A DNA stretch of 64,000 bases from SAR202 cluster bacterium (GTDB taxonomy: Bacteria; Chloroflexota; Dehalococcoidia; Lucifugimonadales; UBA3495). The position numbers and the translations under genes are program-made. Every line of letters starts with the position of its first letter. Position 1 is the stretch's first letter. Below, in pieces: positions 27,870-37,043 of the stretch. The stretch lies in NCBI GenBank assembly GCA_016872385.1, contig VGZV01000001.1, positions 22,114 to 86,113 of the forward strand. Reading direction: 5' to 3'. The notes below the pieces were generated by a model that saw only the letters and a list, made by a program, of their open reading frames with translations, did not search any database and had not been told where the DNA came from.

Positions 27870-28748
27870 GTGCTTCATCCTACTCCGCATCACCGGGCGC
27901 CGGGCCAGCCAATCATTGAGCTGCGCGGAGTCACCAGCGGGTATGAAGGCCAGCAAGTGCTGCGCCAGGTTGACCTGCGGGTTATGCCCGGCGATTTTAT
28001 TGGCTTGCTGGGCCCCAGTGGTTCCGGCAAGACGACTTTGTTGCGCACTATGCTGGGCGCGGCCCACATTTTCCACGGCGAAGTCTTGGTCCACGGCGTT
28101 TCCATTGCCCGGCAGCGGCCCCAGGCGGGATACGTGCCCCAGTTGGAAACCATAGACTGGAACTTTCCGGTCACGGTAGCTGAGGCAGTGATGATGGGCC
28201 GCACCATGAACAACGTCCTCTTTCCCTGGCACCGGCGTCAGGACTGGAAGCTGGCCCGGGAGATGATGGACCGGCTGGGCATTTCCCACCTGGCCCGGCG
28301 GCACATTCGTGAGCTGTCCGGCGGGCAGCAGCAACGGGTGTTCCTGGCCCGCGCCCTGGTCAGCAGTCCCGATTTGCTGCTTTTGGACGAACCCACCAGC
28401 GGCGTGGACATCAAGACCCGCGATGATGTGATGCACCTGCTCCATGAACTGAACCACCAGGGCGTCACCATCATCCTTACCACCCATGAAATCAACGCCG
28501 TGGCCGTGCACCTGCCCTGGCTGGTCTGCCTTAACGGGTACGTTCTGGCCGAAGGCCCGCCGGCCAAGGTCATAACCTCGCAGGTCCTCAAGCAGACCTA
28601 TGGCGCCGAGATGCCGGTGATTAACTACCAGGGCATGATGCTGGTGGCGGAAAGCCCGCACCCGTTTAACCGCAACGGCGGCGACTCCAGCCGTAACGCC
28701 GGAGGGCAGGGCGCGGCCGAAGCAGGCGCTGCGGACAGCCATGCTTGA
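27870..28748 (+). CDS. Metal ABC transporter ATP-binding protein (ZnuC-type)
   Basis: Walker A GPSGSGKTT, signature LSGGQQQR, Walker B LLLLDEP. Confidence 0.9.
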   Translation: MLHPTPHHRAPGQPIIELRGVTSGYEGQQVLRQVDLRVMPGDFIGLLGPSGSGKTTLLRTMLGAAHIFHGEVLVHGVSIARQRPQAGYVPQLETIDWNFPVTVAEAVMMGRTMNNVLFPWHRRQDWKLAREMMDRLGISHLARRHIRELSGGQQQRVFLARALVSSPDLLLLDEPTSGVDIKTRDDVMHLLHELNHQGVTIILTTHEINAVAVHLPWLVCLNGYVLAEGPPAKVITSQVLKQTYGAEMPVINYQGMMLVAESPHPFNRNGGDSSRNAGGQGAAEAGAADSHA

Positions 28749-29616
28749 GCCTTTTCAATACCAGTTCTTTGTCCGTGGCCTGGCGGCGGCGACCCTGGTG
28801 GGCGGGCTGTGCGGCCTCATCGGCGTATACATCGTCCTGCGCCGCATGGCCTACATAGGGCATGGGCTGTCCCACTCGGTGTTTGGCGGCGCAGTGGTCA
28901 GCTACGTCATGTCCTTCAATTTTTTTGTGGGAGCCAGCCTGTGGGGCTTCCTCTCCGCCATTCTCATCACCCTCACCACCAGAAAACATAAGATTGGCTC
29001 CGATGCGGCCATTGGCATTATCACCACTGCCAGCTTTGCCTTGGGCATTGCCCTGATTAGCCGGTACAAGACCTTCACACGCAGCTTCGATGCAGCCTTG
29101 TTCGGCAACATCCTGGGAGTCACGCAGGGCGACTTGCTGGCCATTGTGGTGGTGGCGGCGGCCACCGCCATAATCCTGTTCTCTGGCTACAAACTCTTCT
29201 TGTTTGCCACCTTTGAACCGGAAGTCTCCCGCTTTTACGGCGTGCCCACGGGCTGGGTTGACACCCTGTTTTCCTTGGTGCTAGCCGCCACCATTGTGGT
29301 GTCCATGCAAATACTGGGCGTCACCCTCATCGCCGCCGCCATCGTCATACCGCCCATAGTTGCCCGGCTGCTCACCGACAGCTTCAAGACCATGATCCTG
29401 CTCTCCACTGCCGTGGGAGCTTTTTGCGGGCTGGCCGGGGTCTACATCAGCTACTATGTGGACGTGTCCTCCGGGGCCAGCGTGGTGCTGTTTTCCGCTC
29501 TGGTCTTTGTGGCGGTGCTGGCCTACTCCAACCTCAAGACCCGGCTAGCCCTAGCCGCTGGCGCAGGCGGCAGGGCGGGGCACCATCACGCCGGAGACAC
29601 CAGTCCCTTCCACTAG
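28741..29616 (+). CDS. Metal ABC transporter permease (ZnuB-type, ABC-3 family)
   Basis: 291 aa, polytopic. Overlaps the ATPase gene by 8 nt. Confidence 0.85.
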   Translation: MLEPFQYQFFVRGLAAATLVGGLCGLIGVYIVLRRMAYIGHGLSHSVFGGAVVSYVMSFNFFVGASLWGFLSAILITLTTRKHKIGSDAAIGIITTASFALGIALISRYKTFTRSFDAALFGNILGVTQGDLLAIVVVAAATAIILFSGYKLFLFATFEPEVSRFYGVPTGWVDTLFSLVLAATIVVSMQILGVTLIAAAIVIPPIVARLLTDSFKTMILLSTAVGAFCGLAGVYISYYVDVSSGASVVLFSALVFVAVLAYSNLKTRLALAAGAGGRAGHHHAGDTSPFH

Positions 29617-29785
29617 CCCCAAGGTGGGCTGATCCTTCTGGGACTTCCCTTTCTGAATTCAGGCCGGGATCCGGCTAGTTGTTCACCTGCCCCCGCGCCT
29701 GGGCGCCGGCTTTTGCCGGTGCGGCGTAAGCCTTCCTAATGCTCGCCACGGCAAGCTGGGCCATTGCCCTTTAGTGCCCATCCTA

Positions 29786-29872
29786 AAAACTCACCGCTGA
29801 GTACGCGGAGACCGCTGAGATAAAAGGAATCCAATACAAACTCTCTGCTTTCTTTGCGCTCTCTGCGGTTAT
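29786..29872. repeat. E-type repeat (AAAAACTCACCGCTGAGTACGCGGAGACCGCTGAG...CTCTCTGCGGTTAT)
   Basis: Reverse complement of the copy at 58529-58617. Related copy at 54376-54459. Confidence 0.8.
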
Positions 29873-29944
29873 TGGATAGGCGCTTATAGCTTTGCAGGAT
29901 GCTCCTGAGCACATACCCACCTTGCTGCCTTGGTTTACAAATAA

Positions 29945-30014
29945 GTAACAAGTTTTTAACAACGACGTTACACTCCAGAAATGTTCTGGAAATACCTGCG
30001 TTACATACTTTAAC
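29945..30014 (+). promoter_or_regulatory. Array of 11-nt phased pentamers (GTAAC-n6-TTAAC-n6-GTTAC-n6-GAAAT-n6-GAAAT-n6-GTTAC) with a central 17-bp palindrome; candidate nitrogen-regulator operator
   Basis: Pentamers start at 29945, 29956, 29967, 29978, 29989 and 30000. The palindrome TCCAGAA-ATG-TTCTGGA spans 29974-29990. The AT-rich segment lies 80-150 nt upstream of the PII-like gene. Confidence 0.4.
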
Positions 30015-30091
30015 TTGCCAACAAGTTCTGTTGGCGTCCACTTAACTTCATAATTTAGGATGATTACGTATTAGTAACCGGCGATAATGAG

Positions 30092-30409
30092 GTGGATGCA
30101 GTGAAGGAAGTCATTGCGATAGTCCGTCCGGAGCGGCGAGAGGCCACACTAAACGCCATGCGCAGCGTCGGCCTTGCAGAATTGCTCCATGTCCGTGTCA
30201 TGGGCCGCGGACGCCAACAGGGCCTTCAGTACCTGCGCCGCGCCCAGGGTGAGCAGGAGGCAGGCATGGCCTTCCTTTCCAAGCGCCTCATGTCCTGGAT
30301 GGTGCCCGATGACCAGGTGGAGCAAACAGTGCGTACCCTGCTGCGAATAAATCAGTCCGGCAACCACGGCGATGGCAAGATTTTTGTCTGCCCGGTGGAA
30401 GAAGCCTGA
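30092..30409 (+). CDS. P-II-like nitrogen regulatory protein with extended T-loop and no C-terminal tail
   Basis: KEVIAIVRPER...VMGRGRQQG...GDGKIFVCPVEEA. The start is GTG 30092 or GTG 30101 (a GAGGTGG SD favours 30101). Confidence 0.8.
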   Translation: MDAVKEVIAIVRPERREATLNAMRSVGLAELLHVRVMGRGRQQGLQYLRRAQGEQEAGMAFLSKRLMSWMVPDDQVEQTVRTLLRINQSGNHGDGKIFVCPVEEA

Positions 30410-30455
30410 AGGCAGCCCTGGCAAATTACTGCTGAAGGGACGGGAGTGATACGAC

Positions 30456-31106
30456 GTGGCCAAGCGCGAAGGCGTCAACTACCCCAAGTTTAAGGATCAG
30501 TTTGCGGTGATGGACTTTGAGGCGGAGCCGTTGCCCGTGCTGTCGCTGTTCCCAATGCCGCCGGCCAGCTATTTGGAAGACTGGCAGTTGACTTTCACCG
30601 ACGTCAACAGCCAGCGGCGCGTGGTCACCGGTGCCCAACTCTTGAGTCTGCCCCGGGTGCATGGGCGCGTCCCCCTGGTATGCCAGATTTTTAACTGGTC
30701 TGAGGAGCCGGAGGTGGAGGGGGTGCGCCTGGTGGATGTGCTGGATGCCATCGGTGTAGACGCCCCGGATAGCGGCTATTTTGCCTTTCACTCCGCTGAC
30801 GGCCTCTATTTTGAAGGGCTTCCCCGCACTATGGCCCGCGACCCCCGGGTGCTGCTGGTCTTTGGGCTGGCGGGCCGCCCGCTGCCCCGGGAGTACGGCG
30901 GCCCGGTGCGCTCGCTGGTGCCCTTCCTGCAAGGCTACAAGAGTGTCAAGTGGGTGCATCTGGTGCGGGCTTACCGCAAGGACCCGGTGGGCATCAAACG
31001 GCTGCTGGGCCAGAGCCGCACCGCAGTGCTGGGTTCAGTGGGCCAGGAATTGGCTGGCGTGGTAGTGGGCCGCATGGGCGACGGCGACAGCACCCTGGAG
31101 GTATGA
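30456..31106 (+). CDS. Small cytoplasmic molybdopterin-binding oxidoreductase, sulfite-oxidase/YedY fold
   Basis: 216 aa with no signal peptide. WQLTFTDVNSQRRVVTGAQLLSLPRVHGRVPLVCQIFNWSEEPEVEGVRLVDVL and GRPLPREYGGPVRSLVPFLQGYKSVKWV match the Oxidored_molyb pattern, including the Cys ligand context. Confidence 0.7.
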   Translation: MAKREGVNYPKFKDQFAVMDFEAEPLPVLSLFPMPPASYLEDWQLTFTDVNSQRRVVTGAQLLSLPRVHGRVPLVCQIFNWSEEPEVEGVRLVDVLDAIGVDAPDSGYFAFHSADGLYFEGLPRTMARDPRVLLVFGLAGRPLPREYGGPVRSLVPFLQGYKSVKWVHLVRAYRKDPVGIKRLLGQSRTAVLGSVGQELAGVVVGRMGDGDSTLEV

Positions 31107-32353
31107 ACGTGGGGCACCGTCCAACGCTTATAGCCTCTTTCCTGCATTTTGACGTCAGTTTCATGCTCTGGGTGCTGCTGGGCGCACTGGGCGTGTATAT
31201 TGCCGAGAGCTTGGGACTTACGTCGGCGCAGAAGGGCCTCATGGTGGCGGTGCCCATCCTCAGCGGGGCGCTGCTGCGAATACCTCTGGGATTGCTTAGT
31301 GACCGCTTTGGTGGAAGGCGCATTGGCGCCGGATTGCTGGTCTTCCTGTTTTTGCCTTTGACCCTGGGCTGGCGGATGGGCGACAGTCTTCCGGCGCTGC
31401 TGGGCATTGGCCTTATGCTGGGGGCGGCAGGCGCGTCCTTTGCCGTGGCATTGCCCCTGGCCAGCCGGTGGTATCCCAAGGAGCGGCAGGGCCTGGTCAT
31501 GGGAATAGCCGCCGCGGGCAACAGCGGCACGGTCATCGCTAACTTGCTGGCGCCGCGGCTGGCTGCTTTAGTTGGATGGCACAACGTGCTGGCGCTGGCC
31601 ATGCTGCCCCTGGCGGTGGTCTTGCTGGCCTTCGTGCTTATGGCCAAGGAACAACAGCAAGTTGCATCCCAAAGGTGCCCTGCCCTTGCTGCTGGCGGCC
31701 CAAAGTTCTTGGCCCTGAAACAAGCGGACCTCTGGTGGTTCTGCCTGTTCTACAGCGTCACCTTCGGAGGCTACGTAGGGCTGAGCAGTTTCCTGCCCAT
31801 TTTCCTTAGAGACCAGTACCACGTTGCGCCAGTGACCGCTGGTTACCTGACTGCCGCTGCTGCGGTAGTAGGCAGCGGCCTGCGCCCGGCGGGCGGCTAT
31901 CTGTCCGACAAATTTGGCGGCGTGGCCATGCTCACCGCCCTGCTGCTGGGCATCAGCCTGGTGTATGTGCTAGCCAGCCGCCTGCCCGCCCTGGGCATCA
32001 TGATGGTTCTGATCATCGCCGGGATGGCCTGCCTGGGCATGGGCAACGGCGCAGTTTTCCAGTTGGTGCCTCAGCGGTTCTCTGGGGAAATTGGCCTGGC
32101 CACTGGAATTATCGGGGCCTTTGGCGGCTTGGGCGGTTTCTTCCTTCCCAATTTGCTGGGGAATGCCAGGGAAGTTAGCGGCTCCTTTGGGCCGGGTTTG
32201 CTGGTGCTGGCGGGGGCTGCCTTGACCGCACTGGTGGCGTTGCGAGTCCTGGTGCTGGTGGAAAACGGCTGGCGCCGGGCCTGGGCGCAGCCTACCCCGG
32301 CGCCTGAAGCAGTGCCGGGGAGAGTCATTATGGTCCCTTACCTGCAACCCTAG
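31103..32353 (+). CDS. narK: Nitrate/nitrite MFS porter (NNP family, NarK/NasA-type)
   Basis: 12-TM profile. NNP signatures IAAAGNSGT and GIIGAFGGLGGFFLP. ATG 31103 overlaps the upstream stop (ATGA). Confidence 0.85.
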   Translation: MNVGHRPTLIASFLHFDVSFMLWVLLGALGVYIAESLGLTSAQKGLMVAVPILSGALLRIPLGLLSDRFGGRRIGAGLLVFLFLPLTLGWRMGDSLPALLGIGLMLGAAGASFAVALPLASRWYPKERQGLVMGIAAAGNSGTVIANLLAPRLAALVGWHNVLALAMLPLAVVLLAFVLMAKEQQQVASQRCPALAAGGPKFLALKQADLWWFCLFYSVTFGGYVGLSSFLPIFLRDQYHVAPVTAGYLTAAAAVVGSGLRPAGGYLSDKFGGVAMLTALLLGISLVYVLASRLPALGIMMVLIIAGMACLGMGNGAVFQLVPQRFSGEIGLATGIIGAFGGLGGFFLPNLLGNAREVSGSFGPGLLVLAGAALTALVALRVLVLVENGWRRAWAQPTPAPEAVPGRVIMVPYLQP

Positions 32354-32388
32354 TTGAGCACTCTGGGAGGGCGGAAAGGAGGCGCACT

Positions 32389-33945
32389 ATGAAACCCGGC
32401 AACAACCCCATGGAAAAAATCAAGGCTGAGAAAGATGGCCTGGACATTCTCCAGGAGATTGACGAACTGGCCGCCAAACACGGCGGCTGGGAGACCCTGG
32501 ATCCCGGCGACCGGGAGCGCCTCAAATGGATTGGCACTTTCTTCCGCAAACCCACCCCTGGGCTGTTCATGATGCGGATACGCATCACCAACGGCCAGGC
32601 TACCAGCGCCCAGTTGCGCGCTTTGGCGGACATTGCCCAGCGGTTGGGCAACGGGGTGCTGGACTTGACTACCCGCCAGCAGGCGCAGCTCCGCGCGGTC
32701 AAAATCCAGGATGTGCCTCAAATCATTCAGGCGCTGCAAGGGGTGGATCTGACCTCCTTGCAGACCGGCCTGGATAACATCCGCAACATTAGCTGCTGTC
32801 CGCTTTCCGGCCTCACTGCCAACGAGTTGCTGGACGCTTCGCCCGTGGGCGTTGAATACACGCGGATGTTTCTGAACAACAAGGAGTTCTCCAACCTGCC
32901 CCGCAAGTTCAACGTGACCATTACCGGGTGCCTGGAAAACTGCACCCATGCCGAGACCCAGGACCTGGGTATGACGCCGGCCGTGCGCACCTCCGACGGC
33001 CAGCCCGGTTTCAACGTGGTGGCGGGGGGCAAAATGGGTTCCGGCGGTATGACCGTAGCCCAACCCCTGGACATTTTTGTCACGCCCCAAAACGCGGCAC
33101 GGCTGGCGGCCCAGGTCACTCTGCTGTTCCGGGACGAAGGCGTGCGGGAGCAACGAAACAAGGTGCGGCTGGCCTTTCTCATCCAGGCCTGGGGTGTGGA
33201 CAAGTTCCGGGCAGCCCTGGAGGACCGCTGGGGGCTTCCCCTGGAGCGGGCCGGCCGGGATGTGCGCCATGCTGTTCACACGGACCACCTGGGCGTGCAG
33301 CGGCAGAAGCAGCCTGGCATGTATTCCGTGGGCCTGTGTGTGCCCACGGGCCGCATAACCAGCGAACGGATGCAGGAGTTGGCTCTTCTGGCCGATAGAT
33401 ACGGCAGCGGCCACGTACGTTTGACCAACGCCCAGAACGCTATTCTGGTCAACGTGCCCCAGCATCGCCTGACCGCCCTGCTGTCCGAGCCGCTGCTGCG
33501 CGAGTTGTCGCCGGTGCCTTCCGCCTTCCATCGTGGGCTGGTTACCTGCACCGGCGTGGATTACTGCAACCTGGCCTTGATTGAGACTAAGGGCACTGGC
33601 CTGGCCTTGTCCAACGCCCTGGCCCGGCGGTTTCCCGGTGCATCCAACCTTACCATGCACTGGTCGGGGTGTCCTGCCGGATGCGGCAACCATCAAGCGG
33701 CGGATGTGGGGTTCCAGGGGGCCAAGGCGCGGGTCAACGGCCAGGTGGTGGATGCAGTAAGCATATTTGTGGGCGGCCGCACCGGCACCGAGCCCAAGCC
33801 TGGCGAAAAAATCATGGAACTGATACCCGTAGATATGCTGGAAGAGGTTGTGCCCGTCGTTCTGCGGCACCTGGAGGTGCTGAAAAAGGTTACCCGGGAT
33901 TCCGAGGCTGAGTCCCGTGTTTTGATGGTCCCGGTGCTGGTTTAA
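32389..33945 (+). CDS. nirA: Ferredoxin-dependent nitrite/sulfite reductase (siroheme, 4Fe-4S)
   Basis: 518 aa. Cluster-binding Cys motifs TCTGVDYC and SGCPAGCGNH, in a two-half NIR_SIR architecture. Confidence 0.85.
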   Translation: MKPGNNPMEKIKAEKDGLDILQEIDELAAKHGGWETLDPGDRERLKWIGTFFRKPTPGLFMMRIRITNGQATSAQLRALADIAQRLGNGVLDLTTRQQAQLRAVKIQDVPQIIQALQGVDLTSLQTGLDNIRNISCCPLSGLTANELLDASPVGVEYTRMFLNNKEFSNLPRKFNVTITGCLENCTHAETQDLGMTPAVRTSDGQPGFNVVAGGKMGSGGMTVAQPLDIFVTPQNAARLAAQVTLLFRDEGVREQRNKVRLAFLIQAWGVDKFRAALEDRWGLPLERAGRDVRHAVHTDHLGVQRQKQPGMYSVGLCVPTGRITSERMQELALLADRYGSGHVRLTNAQNAILVNVPQHRLTALLSEPLLRELSPVPSAFHRGLVTCTGVDYCNLALIETKGTGLALSNALARRFPGASNLTMHWSGCPAGCGNHQAADVGFQGAKARVNGQVVDAVSIFVGGRTGTEPKPGEKIMELIPVDMLEEVVPVVLRHLEVLKKVTRDSEAESRVLMVPVLV

Positions 33946-34015
33946 CACCAGCAACAGCGATCGCATGACCGTTCCGCCTGGGTATTTGAATAGCTTGTGT
34001 ATAAGGAGGCCAGCC

Positions 34016-34333
34016 ATGAAGATGATACGTGCGGTGGTCCGCCCGGAAAAAGAGGAAGCCGTAGGTGCAGCCCTGGCCAAGGCTGGGTTCCCGGCGCTTA
34101 CCAAATGGGATGTGGTGGGGCGGGGCAAGCAACAGGGCATTCAAGTGGGCAGCCACATTTATGATGAGCTGGCCAAGTCCCTGGTGCTAATAGTGGTCAA
34201 TGATGACCAGGTGGAAAAGGCAGCCAAGGTGATTCATGATGCAGCCTTCTCCAGATATCCGGGCGACGGCAAAATCTTCGTCACGCCGGTGGATACCGCT
34301 TATACCATCCGCACTGGCAAGTCAGAGCTTTAG
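34016..34333 (+). CDS. P-II-like nitrogen regulatory protein (short non-canonical T-loop)
   Basis: MKMIRAVVRPEKEE...VVGRGKQQGIQVGSHIYDE...GDGKIFVTPVDTAYTIRTG. An AAGGAGG SD precedes ATG 34016. Confidence 0.85.
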   Translation: MKMIRAVVRPEKEEAVGAALAKAGFPALTKWDVVGRGKQQGIQVGSHIYDELAKSLVLIVVNDDQVEKAAKVIHDAAFSRYPGDGKIFVTPVDTAYTIRTGKSEL

Positions 34334-34337
34334 AGTG

Positions 34338-34482
34338 CCTAACAAAATGAAGGATGTCATTCTGAGGAGTCCCGATGCTATCGGGACTGCAAAGAAGCTG
34401 GGGTGGGGCAAGCGCCCACCACCCCAGACCCTTCGTCCTTCAGCCGAAGGACTCAGGGTGACAACTTCGGCATTTTGTTAGG
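34338..34482. mobile_element. B-type MITE, intact 145-bp copy
   Basis: TIR CCTAACAAAATG / CATTTTGTTAGG. Near-identical to 7369-7511 and serves as the empty-site reference for the nested insertion there. Confidence 0.85.
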
Positions 34483-34607
34483 GGTTTTTATTCACCTTCC
34501 CGGGCGGCGGGTGCGCCACTGGGAAGGGCCGCTACTGGCCCAGCAACATTCCAAGAAAGAGAGCGCCCCTGTGTGCCAGGAGGCGCTCCTTGACGTATAG
34601 TCACCGG

Positions 34608-36825
34608 CTATTGCACCAGCAGGCCGGCGCATTCTCCAGGCGCGCCAACGAACCCCAGGGCGGTAGCCGCTGCGTTGGGGATGTACTGCACCTTGAAGGA
34701 GTAGGTCCCCACCGCCAGCGGGCCATAGTTGCTGGACTGGGCGGTTGTGACACCGCTGCCGCCGCTAAGGGCCACTGTTTGCATGGAGGCAGGCCGGACA
34801 TTGCAGCTTGAGGTGCCTGTGAAGTATGCAATACTCACGCTGCCCGTTGGCGTCGCCGATGGGTCGCTACTGGTGATTGTGGCCTTGACATAGACGGAGG
34901 ACCCGGAGGCCACTACCTTCACGTTGCAGTTGTTGAAATTGCACAAAGCCGTGGCCGGAGGAACTGCCAGGACCTCCGTGCCCACAGTGGCCACTGGCGG
35001 CGGCACAATGGTGAAGGAATAAACAAACGGGGCCATGACGTTGCCCGCCAGGCCCCCGGCTTCCACGGTCACATCCACTACCTGGGAATTGGCAAAGTTA
35101 ACGGCTGGGTCGTAGGTCAGCGTGTAATCCGCCGCCGAGCCGGTGATGGCTGGTGACACCACGGTTCCTTCCACCGTCATCTTCAGGCTGGAGAGGTTGA
35201 CCCCTGCGGCCAAGTCTTTCACGTGCACCACAATGTTGGTGTAAACGGGTACGTTGGTGGCTCCCGGCAGCGGGTCGTGGCCCGAGGTGAAGGGCGGGGT
35301 TACGTCCAGCACCGTGACCACTGCGGTGTCGCATCCTGCGCCGCCGTTGTTGTCGGTTACGCAAACGGCGGCGTTAAACGCGCCTATGGAGTTGTAAGTA
35401 TGGCTCAAGGCAAAGGTCTTGCTGGCCGTCAGGGTCAACGGCTGAATGCCTGAGCCGTCGCCGTAGTCCACGGTGGCTGTCCAGGTATCACTGCCGGCGT
35501 CAGTAAAGGAGCCGGAACTGGAAAAAGCGGCACCCTGGTTGATGGTGGCATCGGGGCCTGCGTTCACCACCGGCGCCACGTTGGCAACCACTACTGAGGC
35601 AGTGTCTGTCCCGCTTTTGCCCAGGGTGTTGGTGACTTTCAGCCCTATGCTGAAAGTCCCGTTGTCGGAAAATACCACTGCTACCGTAATTCCGGTGGCA
35701 TCATCGTATAGATTGTCGTTGTCCAGGTCCCACAGGTAGGTTAAAGCGCTGCCGCCGGGTTCGCTCGATCCTGTGCCAGTGACGGTCACGGCGCTGCCTT
35801 CAGCTCCAGCATAAGGTCCGACAGCCTCTGCAGTGGGTGGCGGCAGGGGAGTTGGCGTCGGCGCCGGAGTAGGCGTCGGCCCCCCCTGCGACTCCGCCGC
35901 AGTTGGTGGCGCCGCTGTCGGTGAAGGTCTTGCCCGCCACCGGAATAAATTGCCAGTCGTAGCTGGTGGGGTGCAGCGTAAGTTTGAGCACGCCGTGAGT
36001 ATTGGCGTTACGGACCTCGCTATTGGGCAAAACAGTGCCAATGCGCGACAGTCCAGCTCCGCCGGTGCCTACGGTAATCTGCCGGAAGCCGTTTACGGGG
36101 TCGGCTTGGCCTGCCGGGTTCTGCAGGCCAAATCGCTCGTAGATGTGTTCATGGGCATTGAGCACCACGTCCACACCGTTGTCGTAAAGAATCTGGAGCA
36201 TCGGAATGATGTTGGGATTGACGCCGCCATGGGTGGTGCCGGAGCTGAAGGCCGGGACGTGCCAATAGGCCAGCAAGCACTGAGACCTGCTGCGGCCCGC
36301 CAGGTCGCTGAGCAGCCAGCTGGTTTGAGCAGAACTGGGGCTGCTGAGGGAGACCACGTGCCATGCGCCCAGGTCGTAACTGTAGTAACCCAGCCCGTTT
36401 GGACCTGCGTTGGCCCCGAAATAGGTATAGTAGGGCACGCCGCCGGTGCCTTGCATATCGTGGTTGCCCGGGGCAGGCTGGGTGCGGGCCTTGTGGCGTC
36501 CCCACACCGGGTCATAACAGTTGTTAAAGTTGTCGGTAGTGCCGCTGGGGTACACATGGTCCCCCAAGGTAAGCACAGTGCCCGGAATACTGTCCACCAG
36601 TGTGGCGGTGGCTGAGTCGGTGGTGAAGTTACAGCCCGCAATGTCACCGGCTGCCACCACCACTGGGTCGGTCACTTGGCCGGGCGCCTGACTGGCGGCG
36701 AAATTGTCAAACACCTTGAGGGAATTGTAGGCAGTCGGGAGTTGGTACAGCACGCCAAACAAACTGGCCAGCAGCACCAGCGCTGCAACAGGCCACCAAC
36801 GCCGCAATCGCATAAACAGCATCAC
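34608..36825 (-). CDS. Secreted metallophosphoesterase fused through a Pro/Thr linker to PKD and Ig-like domains; interrupted by a 1-nt indel in a G7 run
   Basis: Track ORFs 35800-36825 (GDHVYP...GNHD...NAHEHIYER calcineurin-like motifs, N-terminal TM/signal) and 34608-36041 (PTPTPAPTPTP linker, PKD-like YLWDLDNDNLYDD..) overlap out of frame. They join at the C7/G7 run 35880-35886. Confidence 0.8.
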
Positions 36826-37043
36826 CCTTACCCTTCCTCTTGCTTAATTAACAACGATAACTAGAGCAAATTGCCGGACTCCGAGACGCCATGGGTTATT
36901 ATACTTCGATACAGTATGTGAGGTCAGTACCCAAACGGTGAATGTATGGAGTACCATCTGTCACGGAATGACTACCTTCTCCCTTGGATTTGCGGTAAAC
37001 TGCGGCGGCGGTGCAAGCGTAAGTCTGCGCCGGGAGTTATTAC

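Noticed and set aside
29945-30014. NtcA (GTA-n8-TAC) or TnrA/GlnR-Bacillus (TGTNAN7TNACA) sites upstream of the nitrate cluster.
   Set aside because: The candidate strings fail the consensus at key positions: GTAACAAGTTTTTAAC ends TAA rather than TAC, and TGTTAAAAACTTGTTAC mismatches the 3' half-site. The 11-nt phased pentamer reading fits better.
29736-30041. A 101-aa minus-strand ORF in the spacer upstream of the PII-like gene.
   Set aside because: It is composed of an E-type repeat plus the AT-rich regulatory segment. It has no SD and is more simply explained as non-coding.
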